Notes under the pieces: model-generated | Told to the model about the DNA's origin: nothing | The model's database searches: none | Seen by the model: the letters and a program-made list of their open reading frames with translations, nothing else | Shown: piece by piece, positions 30,428-40,702 of the stretch | How the letters are laid out: every line of letters starts with the position of its first letter | Numbering within the stretch: position 1 is the first letter of the stretch | Assembly: GCA_963700285.1 (NCBI GenBank) | Contig: CAVOXA010000010.1 | Coordinates: 1,792,001-1,856,000, forward strand | DNA: 64,000 nucleotides | From: an uncultured Chloroflexia bacterium | GTDB lineage: Bacteria > Chloroflexota > Anaerolineae > JAAYZQ01 | Direction of reading: 5' to 3' | Made by a program: the position numbers and the translations under genes

Positions 30428-31161
30428 GTGCGATGCTGAATACCCTGCTCCGGACGGTCATTTTGGACGACTCGGCCTACCAAGAGTGGCGCGAGCGTCC
30501 TAATCTCTTTCTGAGGGGCATTGTCCTGATCTCCATCGTCATACTCGTGGCCGGGCTCATCGTGTTTGCCGTGAACCTGGTGAATCTGGTTAGGGCACCA
30601 GATCTGGACCGGATAGAGGGGCAGATCCGGCAAGGATTCGAGATGTCGTCCCGGTTCAACCCTGCCATGCAGAATCTTCCGCCCGAAGTGCAGCAGATGA
30701 TGGACAGCATGATCGAAGTGATTGTCCCCATGGTCTCTGACCTCAGTCAGATCGAAGCCCCCTTGCCTCGAGGTATCAGTGGCCTATTCCAGGCGACAGG
30801 CGCGTATCTGAGCCGGGTCCTGGCCGCGCTGGGGGGGTGGTTGTTCTACGGCGTCCTGGTCCTGATCGCAGCCAACCTGCTAGGCGGATCGGCCAAGCTA
30901 CCGCACTTTCTGGGGATGGTGTCGTTGTATATCATCCCCGGGTTGCTGGCTGTGTTGCGCCCCGTCCCCTGTCTGGGTGGACTGCTGGCGCTGGTAGGTA
31001 CCATCTGGAGCATCGTGGTCTATATCAAGGCCGTGTCGGTTGCCACCGATCTGGACGCCGGCAGATCCATCCTGGCAGTGTTGGCGCCCTTCATCGTCAT
31101 GTTCCTGCTGGGCATTCTGCTGTCCGTCATGGGAGTCGCCTGGTTGGCAATCGTTCTCTAG
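30424..31161 (+). CDS. Yip1-family membrane protein (paralog)
   Basis: ATGA overlap with the upstream gene; ANLLGGSA..FLGMV..IWSIVVYIKAV..GRSILAVL. Confidence 0.75.
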   Translation: MSAMLNTLLRTVILDDSAYQEWRERPNLFLRGIVLISIVILVAGLIVFAVNLVNLVRAPDLDRIEGQIRQGFEMSSRFNPAMQNLPPEVQQMMDSMIEVIVPMVSDLSQIEAPLPRGISGLFQATGAYLSRVLAALGGWLFYGVLVLIAANLLGGSAKLPHFLGMVSLYIIPGLLAVLRPVPCLGGLLALVGTIWSIVVYIKAVSVATDLDAGRSILAVLAPFIVMFLLGILLSVMGVAWLAIVL

Positions 31162-31193
31162 GACCCTCCATTGGTCCAGCGGAAACCTTCTGG

Positions 31194-31243
31194 CGAGTCC
31201 GTGCCCTACCCGAAAGCGGTAAGGCGCGGACTCGTTTCTTTTC
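31194..31243 (+). terminator. Intrinsic terminator
   Basis: cgagtccgtgcc...ggcgcggactcg followed by tttctttt. Confidence 0.75.
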
Positions 31244-31281
31244 CCGAACCTGTGGTGTTTCTGCTCCAGCCTGTACTAGAT

Positions 31282-31310
31282 TTGACAAATAAGAACATTT
31301 GTGCTAAACT
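31282..31310 (+). promoter_or_regulatory. recA promoter with LexA (SOS) box in the spacer
   Basis: TTGACA-17 nt-TAAACT; AGAACATTTGTGCT (31292-31305) is one mismatch from GAAC-N4-GTTC. Confidence 0.8.
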
Positions 31311-31346
31311 GGATGACAGAGAACAGGATCAGAGGAGGTAGGCACA

Positions 31347-32447
31347 GTGGTTGAGGACAGAAGACTTAAGGCCTTGGAGACGACATTGACCAGCATCCAG
31401 AAGCGATATGGCGAAGGCGCGATCATGCGGCTGGGGCAAGCCACACACCTGCAAATAGAGACCATCCCCACCGGATCCCTGGCACTGGACCTGGCCTTGG
31501 GTGTGGGTGGCGTCCCGCGGGGCCGCGTCACCGAGATCTATGGTCCTGAAGGTTCGGGCAAGACTACGGTCTGCCAGCACATTGTGGCGGAAGCGCAGCG
31601 TATGGGGGGCGTGGCGGCATTCATCGACATGGAACATGCGCTGGACCCACTGTATGCGGCCAAGTGCGGTGTGGATGTGGATGAGCTGTACATCTCGCAG
31701 CCAGACACAGGCGAGCAAGCCCTGGAGATAGCGGAAGCTCTGGTACGAAGCGGGGCCGTGGACGTCATAATCGTGGACTCGGTTGCAGCCCTGGTACCTC
31801 GAGCCGAGATCGAAGGGGACATGGGGGACAGCCACCCCGGGTTGCAAGCACGGTTGATGAGCCAGGCGCTGCGAAAGCTGAGTGGGGCGATCAAGGCCAG
31901 CAATACGGCAATGGTGTTCACCAACCAGCTTCGGCACAAGATTGGCGTGATGTTTGGCAGTCCGGAGACGACGTCGGGCGGGATGGCGCTCAAGTTCTAT
32001 GCATCGGTACGGTTGGACATCCGTCGGGTCCAGGCCATCAAGGAAGGTGGAGAGGTGACGGGCAATCGGACGCGGGTGCGCGTCAAGAAGAACAAGGTAG
32101 CGCCGCCATTCCGAGAGTGCGAGTTTGACATCATGTACGCTGAGGGGATCAGCAAAGAAGGGGATGTGCTAGACCTGGGGGTGGAACTGGATCTGATAGA
32201 GAAACGGGGTTCGTTCTACTCGTACAAAGAGGAGAGGCTGGCGCAGGGGCGAGAGAATGCCAAGCAGGTACTGCGGGAGAATCCGCGCCAGTGCATTGAG
32301 ATTGAGAATGCCATCCGCCGGGAGACAGGTCTGCCTGAATTGGATCTGTCGCCAGCCTTCGGCTTTGAGGTGGAGGCAGAAACGACCCAGGTCGAACTCT
32401 TGGAGGTCCAGGAAGCACCAGTGGCTGAGGAGACGCTCATCGACTGA
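31347..32447 (+). CDS. recA: Recombinase A
   Basis: [54 protein letters not shown]. Confidence 0.99.
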   Translation: MVEDRRLKALETTLTSIQKRYGEGAIMRLGQATHLQIETIPTGSLALDLALGVGGVPRGRVTEIYGPEGSGKTTVCQHIVAEAQRMGGVAAFIDMEHALDPLYAAKCGVDVDELYISQPDTGEQALEIAEALVRSGAVDVIIVDSVAALVPRAEIEGDMGDSHPGLQARLMSQALRKLSGAIKASNTAMVFTNQLRHKIGVMFGSPETTSGGMALKFYASVRLDIRRVQAIKEGGEVTGNRTRVRVKKNKVAPPFRECEFDIMYAEGISKEGDVLDLGVELDLIEKRGSFYSYKEERLAQGRENAKQVLRENPRQCIEIENAIRRETGLPELDLSPAFGFEVEAETTQVELLEVQEAPVAEETLID

Positions 32448-32720
32448 AAATCTCCGGAAAACCCTGAGGTTTCATGTGCCTTCCTGACTTCCAGGTACCC
32501 AGGCCGGCAATGACCGTTCAGGACCACGCCTAGTTCCGGTAGGGCTGAGCGTGGTCCTGTGTATGCATGGTCTTTGTAGGGCCCATAGGCTCCTCCTGTT
32601 CCCATCCTCTTTTTGCGCCGCTCACCGATGTCAGGTATAATGGCGCCAAGTGCCATGGTATGCATGGTTCGCCATGGCCCAATCGCTTTTCCATGGTATC
32701 TGAGGTAACTGGGGAGTTCT

Positions 32721-33758
32721 ATGCGGATCGAGGTTCACTTTGAGAGTGATGGTTTCTGGGCGCTCAAACCGGAATGGAATGATCTACTACAGCGGAGTTG
32801 CTGCAATACGCTGTTCCTGACGTGGGAGTGGCAATCCACCTGGTGGAAGCACTTGGGTGAGGGTAACTTGTTGCTCTTGGGCTTCCGCTCAGAAGATGAT
32901 GGCCGATTGGTGGGTATTGCCCCACTTTTTCGTACACTCGGCGATAGTGGTCGCCCGGTTTTCTATTTGATCGGCTGTCGTGACGTATCGGATTATCTAG
33001 ACCTGATCATTGAACAGGGACAGGAAGATGCTGTCTACCTGTCTTTATTGGAATACCTGAGGCACGAGGCGCAAGATTGGGATCTGATTGATTTCTGCAA
33101 TATCCCCCAGGATTCGCTGACCTATGTTCGTCTGCGGGAATTGGCCGAGGCACAGGGCTACCAGTCCCTCGTAGAGATAGAGGATGTGTGCCCGATCATT
33201 GACCTGCCTGGCACTTGGGACGAGTATCTGATGATGCTCAACAAGAAGCAGCGCCACGAAGTGCGTCGCAAGCTACGCAAGTCTGACGCTGAGGCCGATA
33301 CGCGCTTTGTCGTTGTCGGCCTGGATCATGACTTGCAGGCTGAGATGCAGGATTTCATCGATCTTCATCAGAAGAGCACCCCAGAGAAGGACCAGTTCAT
33401 GGACCCAAAGATGCAAGCCTTCTTCTTTGACATGGCACAGGTCCTGCAAGAGCAGGGGTGGTTACAGTTGGTATTTGTCGACATGGATGGTGAGAAGGCG
33501 GCTGCCCTGCTGAATTTCGATTATGGCGGCAGTATCCTCGTCTACAATTCGGGCTACGATCCCGCCCGTTTCCGGCACTTGAGCCCGGGCATCATCATCA
33601 CCGCGCGGAGCATCGAACATGCGATTTCTCTGGGCCGTACCCACTATGATTTTCTACGAGGCGACGAAGTATACAAGTATCGCTTTGGCGCCCAAGATAC
33701 TCAGGTTCGGCGTTTGCTCATGGCAAAGCCGGGTGTGACGTTGCAGACTGCTTGCTAG
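32721..33758 (+). CDS. GNAT acetyltransferase, CelD/BcsL-like
   Basis: FLTWEWQSTWW, LVGIAPL, SDYLD, YNSGYDP..SPG, DFLRGDEVYKYRFG. Confidence 0.85.
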   Translation: MRIEVHFESDGFWALKPEWNDLLQRSCCNTLFLTWEWQSTWWKHLGEGNLLLLGFRSEDDGRLVGIAPLFRTLGDSGRPVFYLIGCRDVSDYLDLIIEQGQEDAVYLSLLEYLRHEAQDWDLIDFCNIPQDSLTYVRLRELAEAQGYQSLVEIEDVCPIIDLPGTWDEYLMMLNKKQRHEVRRKLRKSDAEADTRFVVVGLDHDLQAEMQDFIDLHQKSTPEKDQFMDPKMQAFFFDMAQVLQEQGWLQLVFVDMDGEKAAALLNFDYGGSILVYNSGYDPARFRHLSPGIIITARSIEHAISLGRTHYDFLRGDEVYKYRFGAQDTQVRRLLMAKPGVTLQTAC

Positions 33759-33806
33759 TGTACCAAATTTGGCATGCTGCTGAGGGATTGAGAAAGGGGA
33801 GCCAAG

Positions 33807-34208
33807 GTGGGCTCGATCCAGTGTGACAATTGTGGAGCCATGCTCTCTGAAGCAGATTTGTTCTGCGGTGAATGTGGTGTGCCGCGTCCTCTGTCTGATG
33901 GAGAGGATAGCCCGTCGCCAGACACTTCCCCAGCGCCAGCTGCTGCCCCCCCACTGGCGCCGCCGCCAGGTGGACATGGAACCGGTTGGCGTGTAGCAGC
34001 CCGCATCTTGGTTGTGTTGGGAGTTCTCACCTGTCTGGCATCGGTCCTGGTCTTTCTGTTCGCTGGCCTCCTCGAGTACGAATCCATGACCGGTCTGGAA
34101 AATTGGCTATTCTCCGCTTTCTGCTGTCTTTTGCCCATCGGCGGCGTGGGCGCTGTCCTGATCGCCGTGGGTACTGCAGTCTGGTACAGACGCCTTAGGG
34201 ATGTCTGA
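33807..34208 (+). CDS. Zinc-ribbon membrane protein
   Basis: CDNCG...FCGECG, Pro-rich linker, two transmembrane helices. Confidence 0.7.
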   Translation: MGSIQCDNCGAMLSEADLFCGECGVPRPLSDGEDSPSPDTSPAPAAAPPLAPPPGGHGTGWRVAARILVVLGVLTCLASVLVFLFAGLLEYESMTGLENWLFSAFCCLLPIGGVGAVLIAVGTAVWYRRLRDV

Positions 34209-35496
34209 ACGACCGATGATTGAACGTGTAGCTATGTTGAGTGTCCATACCTGTCCACTTGCCACCCTGGGTGGCAAGGAGACAGGGGGTATGAACGTCT
34301 ATGTCCGTGACCTGAGTCGCGAGCTTGGGCAGCGTGGAATTGCCGTGGATTGCTTCACCCGCTCCCAAAATCCCAATATCCCACGTATTAGCACCAGGTT
34401 GGGGCCCAACTGCCGCGTTATCCACTTGCCGGCCGGCCCCGAGATCCCCTACGACAAGAACAGCGTCGTCGACCATCTGCCCCAGTTTGTGCGCGGAGCG
34501 CTGGATCTCGCCAGGCGTGAGGGCCTGCGTTATGATGTGATCCACAGCCATTACTGGCTCTCGGGCTTGGCCGCCCGCGAGCTTCGTCGCGTTTGGGGCG
34601 CCCCCATCATTCAGATGTTCCATACCCTTGGGCACATGAAGAACAGTGTGGCCTCCGGCCCCCATGAGTGGGAGGCAGCGCGGCGCATCGAGGGGGAAGC
34701 TGAGGTCATGGCACTCGCAGATCGTCTGGTAGCAGCTACGCCTTTGGAAAGGGCGCAGATGGTCTGGCTCTATGGAGCCAACGCCAGCAAAATGGATGTT
34801 GTCCCCCCCGGTGTGGATCTCGATCTCTTCCAACCCATTCCGCCAAAAGAGGCCAAGCACATCCTGGGGTTGCCTCCTGAGCGCCGTATCGTCCTCTTTG
34901 TGGGCCGGATCGAACCATTGAAGGGCATAGACACACTGTTACGAGCCATGGCCCTTGTTGTGCCCGAGATTCCTTGCTGGCAGGATGATCTGTCGGTTGT
35001 CATAATTGGCGGAGCGCCAGGAGTGGGTATCGAAAAGGTAAATGACGAGCTTGCCCGCCTGGAAAACCTCCGGGCTGAATTGGGTATCCAGGACCTGGTT
35101 ACCTTCCAGGGCGCCCAAGACCAGGATACACTCGTCTATTACTATTCCGCCGCGGACATGGTGGTCATGCCCTCCCACTACGAATCCTTTGGCATGGTGG
35201 CCCTGGAGGCCATGGCCTGTGGGACCCCGGTGGTGGCTTCCAAGGTTGGCGGGCTGACTTATAGCGTGCAAGATGGCCAGACAGGATTCCTGGTTCCCGA
35301 GCGCGATGCTGAAGCGCTGGCTGCCAAGATCCGTTTGTTGCTTTGTGATGATGTTCTTCGCCAGGCATTGAGCCTGCAGGCAGCTCAATGGTCGCGCAAC
35401 TATGGCTGGCCTGCCATTTCCGATCAAATCCTAGAACTCTACCAGCGGGTTCAATTGGCTCTCATGCCAGCAGCAGCTGCAGTTGGTTCCGGCTAA
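34201..35496 (+). CDS. GT4 glycosyltransferase, MshA-like
   Basis: HTCPLATLGGKETGGMNVYV, HSHYWLSG, FVGRIEPLKG, PSHYESFGMVALEAMACG. Confidence 0.85.
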   Translation: MSERPMIERVAMLSVHTCPLATLGGKETGGMNVYVRDLSRELGQRGIAVDCFTRSQNPNIPRISTRLGPNCRVIHLPAGPEIPYDKNSVVDHLPQFVRGALDLARREGLRYDVIHSHYWLSGLAARELRRVWGAPIIQMFHTLGHMKNSVASGPHEWEAARRIEGEAEVMALADRLVAATPLERAQMVWLYGANASKMDVVPPGVDLDLFQPIPPKEAKHILGLPPERRIVLFVGRIEPLKGIDTLLRAMALVVPEIPCWQDDLSVVIIGGAPGVGIEKVNDELARLENLRAELGIQDLVTFQGAQDQDTLVYYYSAADMVVMPSHYESFGMVALEAMACGTPVVASKVGGLTYSVQDGQTGFLVPERDAEALAAKIRLLLCDDVLRQALSLQAAQWSRNYGWPAISDQILELYQRVQLALMPAAAAVGSG

Positions 35497-35505
35497 ATCC
35501 CCCCT

Positions 35506-36168
35506 GTGCAGCTGCACGAAATTGCCGGATTCATCCAAAGACATTGGAGCATACAGTCGGCAGTAGCCGAAACTGCCGCCAGCTACGATCAAGACGCTGC
35601 CCAATATGCAGCTATGTGGGCCAATTTGCGTCTGGAAAGGGCACTGGCTGCTTTTGCCAGTCGGGTCGTTGCCCCCCGGCGCGTGTTGGACCTGGGCTGC
35701 GGTCCGGGCCGCGACATCGACTATCTGGCGCAACTTGGCTGTTGGGGCGTGGGTTTGGATCTGTCGCCTGGAATGTTGGTTGAGGCTCGGCGCCGGTTCC
35801 CAGCGGCACCCCTTGTCCAGGCGGATTTGCGTTCTGTACCCCTTGCGGATGGTACCTTTGATGGCGTCTGGGCCTGTGCCTCGCTGCTACACCTGCCCCG
35901 GTGCCAGTTGCCCATCGCCCTGGCACAGATCGCCCGCCTACTGAAACGGCCCGGGGGCGTGCTCTATCTGGCACTGAAAGATGGTCAAGGGGAACAATGG
36001 CTCGCTGACCACAAAGGCCATCGCCGTTTGTTCTCGTTCTACCAATTCTCCGAGGTGGCAACGTCACTACATCAGGCCAAGTTTCAGATCGTCGAAGGCT
36101 GGGTAGATCCTGACCAGGCAGGGCGTGACAGATCCTGGATCAACGTTGTTGCTCAAATGCAGAGATAG
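35506..36168 (+). CDS. Class I SAM-dependent methyltransferase
   Basis: VLDLGCGPGRD, FDGVWACASLLH. Confidence 0.85.
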   Translation: MQLHEIAGFIQRHWSIQSAVAETAASYDQDAAQYAAMWANLRLERALAAFASRVVAPRRVLDLGCGPGRDIDYLAQLGCWGVGLDLSPGMLVEARRRFPAAPLVQADLRSVPLADGTFDGVWACASLLHLPRCQLPIALAQIARLLKRPGGVLYLALKDGQGEQWLADHKGHRRLFSFYQFSEVATSLHQAKFQIVEGWVDPDQAGRDRSWINVVAQMQR

Positions 36169-36342
36169 CCTTGCTTGCGCATTGTTCTATCGACCTTCGC
36201 GTGGTCAAGACGGTTTGGATCCCGCTCCAGACTATGGTATACTCCCCGCGCGGTGAATTGCACCGCTCTTGGGAGCCCCCAAGCAGGGCATCGGTGAGGC
36301 CGCGCCAGGGCTCTAGGATAGAGATCTAGAAAGCAGCGGAGT

Positions 36343-37713
36343 ATGGCAGACGAAAGACCGGCCGCTCAGCAGACCGCCAGGCAATTGGAGATGGCTGCAG
36401 CAGACTTGTTTGCAGTCGACGATGTGACCCTGGGTGTGCCCGAACAGCCTGAGACGATCCGTTTTCGTGGCAGTTTGCTGGAGCCTTCAGATAAGGCCTT
36501 CCCCCAGATTGCCGCTCGTTTTCGGGATATGGGCCATACAGCCATGTTGCGCGACGACCTGGACCATGACCGGCAAGTATTGTTGGCTGTGCCCGGGGTG
36601 GAACCGCAACAGACCCAATCCCGGCTCTGGTTGAACGCATTGTTGTATATCTTGACCATCCTCTCCACCCTCTTTGTCGGAGCTACCTGGTCCGACCAGG
36701 TGCCGCCAAATGCGGATATGGGCTGGATTGTGGCCCACTTGTGGATCGGTTGGCCCTTTGCCCTGAGCTTGATGACCATCCTAACCGGCCACGAGCTAGG
36801 ACACTATTTCGCCGGCCGGTACTACAAAGTGCCGGTGTCCCTGCCCTTTTTCATCCCCATACCGGTGCCGCCTCTGGGTACCATGGGGGCCTTTATCGTC
36901 ATGAAGGGAAGGACTGTCAACCGCCGGCAGATGCTGACCGTTGGCGCTGCTGGCCCGTTGGTTGGCTTTGTGCTGGCTGTACCGATCCTTATCCTGGGCC
37001 TAACTTTGTCCACCGTCGAGCCCATGGTTGCCCCCGAGCCAGGCTCGATGATCTTTCTTGAGGGGAACTCGCTCCTCTATATGTTCCTCAAATTTGGCGT
37101 TTTTGGGCAGGTGCTGCCTGGTACGGGCTCCTTACTAACCCTCCAGGCAGTTCTGAGGGATGGTGTGGCAGCGCTGCTCGGTACCTTTCCCATTGACAGC
37201 GGCTACGACGTCTTTGTCAGTCCTGTTGCCCTGGCGGGCTGGGCCGGGCTCCTGGTCACAGCGCTGAACTTGATACCGGTGGGGCAGTTGGACGGCGGCC
37301 ACGTGCTCTACAGTCTCGTTGGCCAGAGAGCCAAGATCCTCACCTGGCCCATCATCGTCATTCTCTTGGTACTGGGGATCGTGTTCTGGCAGGGGTGGTT
37401 GCTGTGGGCCTTTCTTATCTTCTTCTTTGGCCAATCGCACCCCGATCCCCTTGATGATGTTACCCGCCTCGATACGCCTCGCAAGCTCGTAGCCGTGGCC
37501 GTACTGCTCATTTTTGTACTCACTTTTGCGCCTCTACCGATGCGGGTGTTCAGCGCTGACCTGCCTGTTCCGGATCCAAGCCAATCTGTGTCTTGCTTGG
37601 CCGCGCCAGGTCTTGTTTTTGTAGGGGCTCTGTGGCTAGCCACCCGAAAGAGGGTTAAACAAGGGGGCAATACACGAGTTACTGATTCGGTTCCACCAGG
37701 ACATCAGTCTTGA
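36343..37713 (+). CDS. Site-2 protease (peptidase M50)
   Basis: HELGH, AAGPLVG, NLIPVGQLDGGH. Confidence 0.9.
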   Translation: MADERPAAQQTARQLEMAAADLFAVDDVTLGVPEQPETIRFRGSLLEPSDKAFPQIAARFRDMGHTAMLRDDLDHDRQVLLAVPGVEPQQTQSRLWLNALLYILTILSTLFVGATWSDQVPPNADMGWIVAHLWIGWPFALSLMTILTGHELGHYFAGRYYKVPVSLPFFIPIPVPPLGTMGAFIVMKGRTVNRRQMLTVGAAGPLVGFVLAVPILILGLTLSTVEPMVAPEPGSMIFLEGNSLLYMFLKFGVFGQVLPGTGSLLTLQAVLRDGVAALLGTFPIDSGYDVFVSPVALAGWAGLLVTALNLIPVGQLDGGHVLYSLVGQRAKILTWPIIVILLVLGIVFWQGWLLWAFLIFFFGQSHPDPLDDVTRLDTPRKLVAVAVLLIFVLTFAPLPMRVFSADLPVPDPSQSVSCLAAPGLVFVGALWLATRKRVKQGGNTRVTDSVPPGHQS

Positions 37714-37862
37714 CGACCGCCCGACTGTCGGGCCTGTTGGCCAATGCCTCTCGCGAGGGGAATGTCACGAATCTCTGGCAGACCGGGCTGTCATAGAACG
37801 GGCGGTTGCTTTGCCGGCAATGGCGCCCCAACTGCCTCCTGCCGGAAAAACCCGCATCGGGT

Positions 37863-39824
37863 TCATGGGCTGTTTTTCCACAGTAGGGGCAAGTATGCCC
37901 TTTGCCATGTCTGGCAATCGGTCTTTGTATCGCCGTCGCCTGTAGGCTCTGCTTCGGTGTTGCCCGCTTGATCTACGGCCCTCGTGCCAAAGTAGTAGGC
38001 TGCTGGGCCGGTTGGCTGGAAGAGGAAAACCCCTTGGCTTGCAGTCCCCGGTACAGCCGCGCCGCCAATTTGGTGTGCCTGGCCGCTATCCATCCACGTG
38101 CCTTCGTCGCCCTTTCTCACCCATAGCGCCACACTTTCCATCCCACTGAGCGTGTCGGTCGCTACCCACGTCACCCGGATGGGTGCGATTTTGGTGCTTG
38201 CTGGGGCATTGGTCAGCGACGCCGGCGGTATAGTGTCAAGGCGCAGCGTTGTACTGATGGCCGTCGCCGGATCAACGTTCCCCGCTGCATCGCCCAACCA
38301 CACGTAAGCGCGATGCTCGCCGCTATCTGGTACTGTCACATTCGAGAGCCCCTGAATATCCACGCCAGCCTGGCAGCCGGAGTGATCCTCCACCGAGAGG
38401 GGGGGCGCGTCCAAACTGTAGCAAGCCGTCAGCATTCCAGACACCTCCGTCGGATTGGTCCAGCTCAAGGCAAAGCGGTTGGCCGGCGACCAACTGCCCG
38501 GTTCAGCGATGAGGTCGATAGGGCTGCCGGGCGGATCGGGATCATAGTGCAGTGTGATGGATACAGCGCTGGTATAGTCAGCATTGCCTGCACCATCCTC
38601 CAGCCAAAGATAGGCCGTCTGAGCGCCAGGGTTGGCAACGGTGATGCCAGCAATCTGGGACATAGCTGCGCCAGCGTAAAAGGCTCCATCGGCGACCCCG
38701 ATCGGTGGTTCATCCATCTTCAGATAGGCCCCAGCAATACCCGACGTGTCAACAGGGTTCTGCCAACTAAGCGAAAATCGATTGGTAGCTGTCCAACTTG
38801 GCGGATCGGCGGCTGGTTGCTGAGGAGGGTCCGGAGGCACAAGGTCTGGAGCAACGACCTGTACGATCATGGTATGATCGGTGACATAGAGGTTGCCATT
38901 GCGATCTACGGCCACGCCCTCTGGACCGCGAAAGCCCGTACACAGGGCTTTGTGAGCCCCGCTCGCCTCAACAAGATTCAGGCGACCCATTCCATCACCT
39001 AGATCTTCCTCCGTTGCATACAGGGGAAAACGGCCACCCGGTGAAAAGTGCAGGCCTTCTACTGCTGTCAGGTCAGAGGCAAAAAGTGTTCGCTGGCCCG
39101 TGGCCGGATCCACCTGGAATATGCTGTCCGTGGTGGCCACGTTCGATGCCTCGTTGGCCACGTATAGCAGGCCATCGGGGTCCAAGGTAATGGCCGAATA
39201 GCTCCATAGCAGGGTATCGGAAAAAACCTCCGTCACTTCCAGCCCCTGTGAAACGCGGGTGACGCCCGAGATCACATCCCAGGGCAGATTTTCTACGAAC
39301 TGAACGTTGGATTCGGTAACGAACAAGTCGCTGTCGGGTGCCCAAACTACTCCTTCAGGCGCGTCAAGGCCGGTAGCCAGGACAGTCTGCTGGCCCTGGG
39401 GATCTATGCGGAGCAAGCGGCCATTCTTGACATCCTCGACGACATACAGATTGCCCGCTGGGTCAAAGGCGATTCCCTCTGGATAGTCCAGCCTGGCCAC
39501 CACCGTTGTGACGGTCCCGTCGGAATCGATGCGCGACACACGCCCGGCGTTCTCTTCAGCCACATGGAGCACGCCGCCGGGGTCAAAGGCCAGTCCGCCA
39601 GGTGACTCGAGGTCGACAGCATACACAAAAGCCTCAAATCCCTCAGGACAGACAATGCGGGATATCGGTTTGCCTACGGTTAGCGGCTCCAGTGTCGGCA
39701 GGTCGGTGTCCCTCCACAACTCTCCGGTATGCGGATGTCCAGCGAGCGCCCGGCCCGGCGCCACAATCAGCAAGCCAGCCAACAGAAGGGTAATGATCCA
39801 ACGCCGCGTGTATCCAGGATACAC
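37863..39824 (-). CDS. Secreted NHL/SMP-30-like beta-propeller protein with Ig-like repeats
   Basis: Signal peptide; PEGIAFDPAGNLYV repeats; DxAGN Ig-like motifs; C-terminal RAYLPLLWK. Confidence 0.8.
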   Translation of the reverse strand: MYPGYTRRWIITLLLAGLLIVAPGRALAGHPHTGELWRDTDLPTLEPLTVGKPISRIVCPEGFEAFVYAVDLESPGGLAFDPGGVLHVAEENAGRVSRIDSDGTVTTVVARLDYPEGIAFDPAGNLYVVEDVKNGRLLRIDPQGQQTVLATGLDAPEGVVWAPDSDLFVTESNVQFVENLPWDVISGVTRVSQGLEVTEVFSDTLLWSYSAITLDPDGLLYVANEASNVATTDSIFQVDPATGQRTLFASDLTAVEGLHFSPGGRFPLYATEEDLGDGMGRLNLVEASGAHKALCTGFRGPEGVAVDRNGNLYVTDHTMIVQVVAPDLVPPDPPQQPAADPPSWTATNRFSLSWQNPVDTSGIAGAYLKMDEPPIGVADGAFYAGAAMSQIAGITVANPGAQTAYLWLEDGAGNADYTSAVSITLHYDPDPPGSPIDLIAEPGSWSPANRFALSWTNPTEVSGMLTACYSLDAPPLSVEDHSGCQAGVDIQGLSNVTVPDSGEHRAYVWLGDAAGNVDPATAISTTLRLDTIPPASLTNAPASTKIAPIRVTWVATDTLSGMESVALWVRKGDEGTWMDSGQAHQIGGAAVPGTASQGVFLFQPTGPAAYYFGTRAVDQAGNTEAEPTGDGDTKTDCQTWQRAYLPLLWKNSP

Positions 39825-40199
39825 CTATTCCTCCGTCCCTTCGCGAGATGGCCATCAGTCTAACCTATCCTCTGGCCTTTGTCAAAGCTCCGGCTGAATC
39901 CTGCTGGCATGGAGCGAGGCTTGTCTTCCCCTGGCATTGTCGTTTCGCATTCGGTAGGGCGCAGGAACGCCTTCCTGGCGCGTATTTGTCCTTTGGGCGC
40001 TCAAGTATCCACTACCAAGTCCAGTTGTGATCTATGGACACTGCCGCGGTGTGGCCCGAGACATCGATCTTGTCGCAAGCTTTACCGCCCTTTTGACCTG
40101 TAACCCTGAAACCTTTTGCCGGTAGGGGCGTATTATAATTGACCGCAGTTGGTGCGGGCTGACACGGGAACGCAGCATCATTCAAAGGAGAGGATTGTT

Positions 40200-40544
40200 A
40201 TGACTGAGGAAGGGAATGTTGTCACAGAGCCAGTAGACGGGGTGATTGAGGATCAGGCCGAGGAGACGGTTCAGGCTGAGCGGACCACAACCCAAGAGAT
40301 CAAAGTCCAAGCAGAGGATCTGTTCCAGACGCTAAACGACATCATCCGTGAGGGCACAGCCAGGCGCATCACCGTCATGCGCAATGACCGTGTCCTGGTG
40401 GATATCCCCATGGTTATGGGAATTGGCGCCAGCTTGATACTGGCCTTCTACATGCCTGTCATAACCGCCGTGGTCGGTGTGGGGGCGCTGCTTACCGGCT
40501 GCACGGTGCGCGTCGAGCGTGAGGACCCACCCGCCAAAGAATAG
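40200..40544 (+). CDS. DUF4342-like protein
   Basis: IIREGTARRITV..LVDIP..GALLTGCTVRVER; GAGGA RBS. Confidence 0.75.
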   Translation: MTEEGNVVTEPVDGVIEDQAEETVQAERTTTQEIKVQAEDLFQTLNDIIREGTARRITVMRNDRVLVDIPMVMGIGASLILAFYMPVITAVVGVGALLTGCTVRVEREDPPAKE

Positions 40545-40563
40545 TCGAATACCACAAACCAGA

Positions 40564-40598
40564 AGCACCCCCGAGTCCCTTGGCGAACCGGGGGTGCT
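40564..40598. terminator. Hairpin between convergent genes
   Basis: agcacccccg...cgggggtgct. Confidence 0.6.
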
Positions 40599-40702
40599 CT
40601 CAACAGGTGTTCGTCTTCCCAGGCCGAGTTGAGTCTACTTTCCCGGCGGCCGTGGTCTGGCCGGAGCGACTTAGGCTGCTGCCTCTACGTGGTGGCGCCC
40701 AT

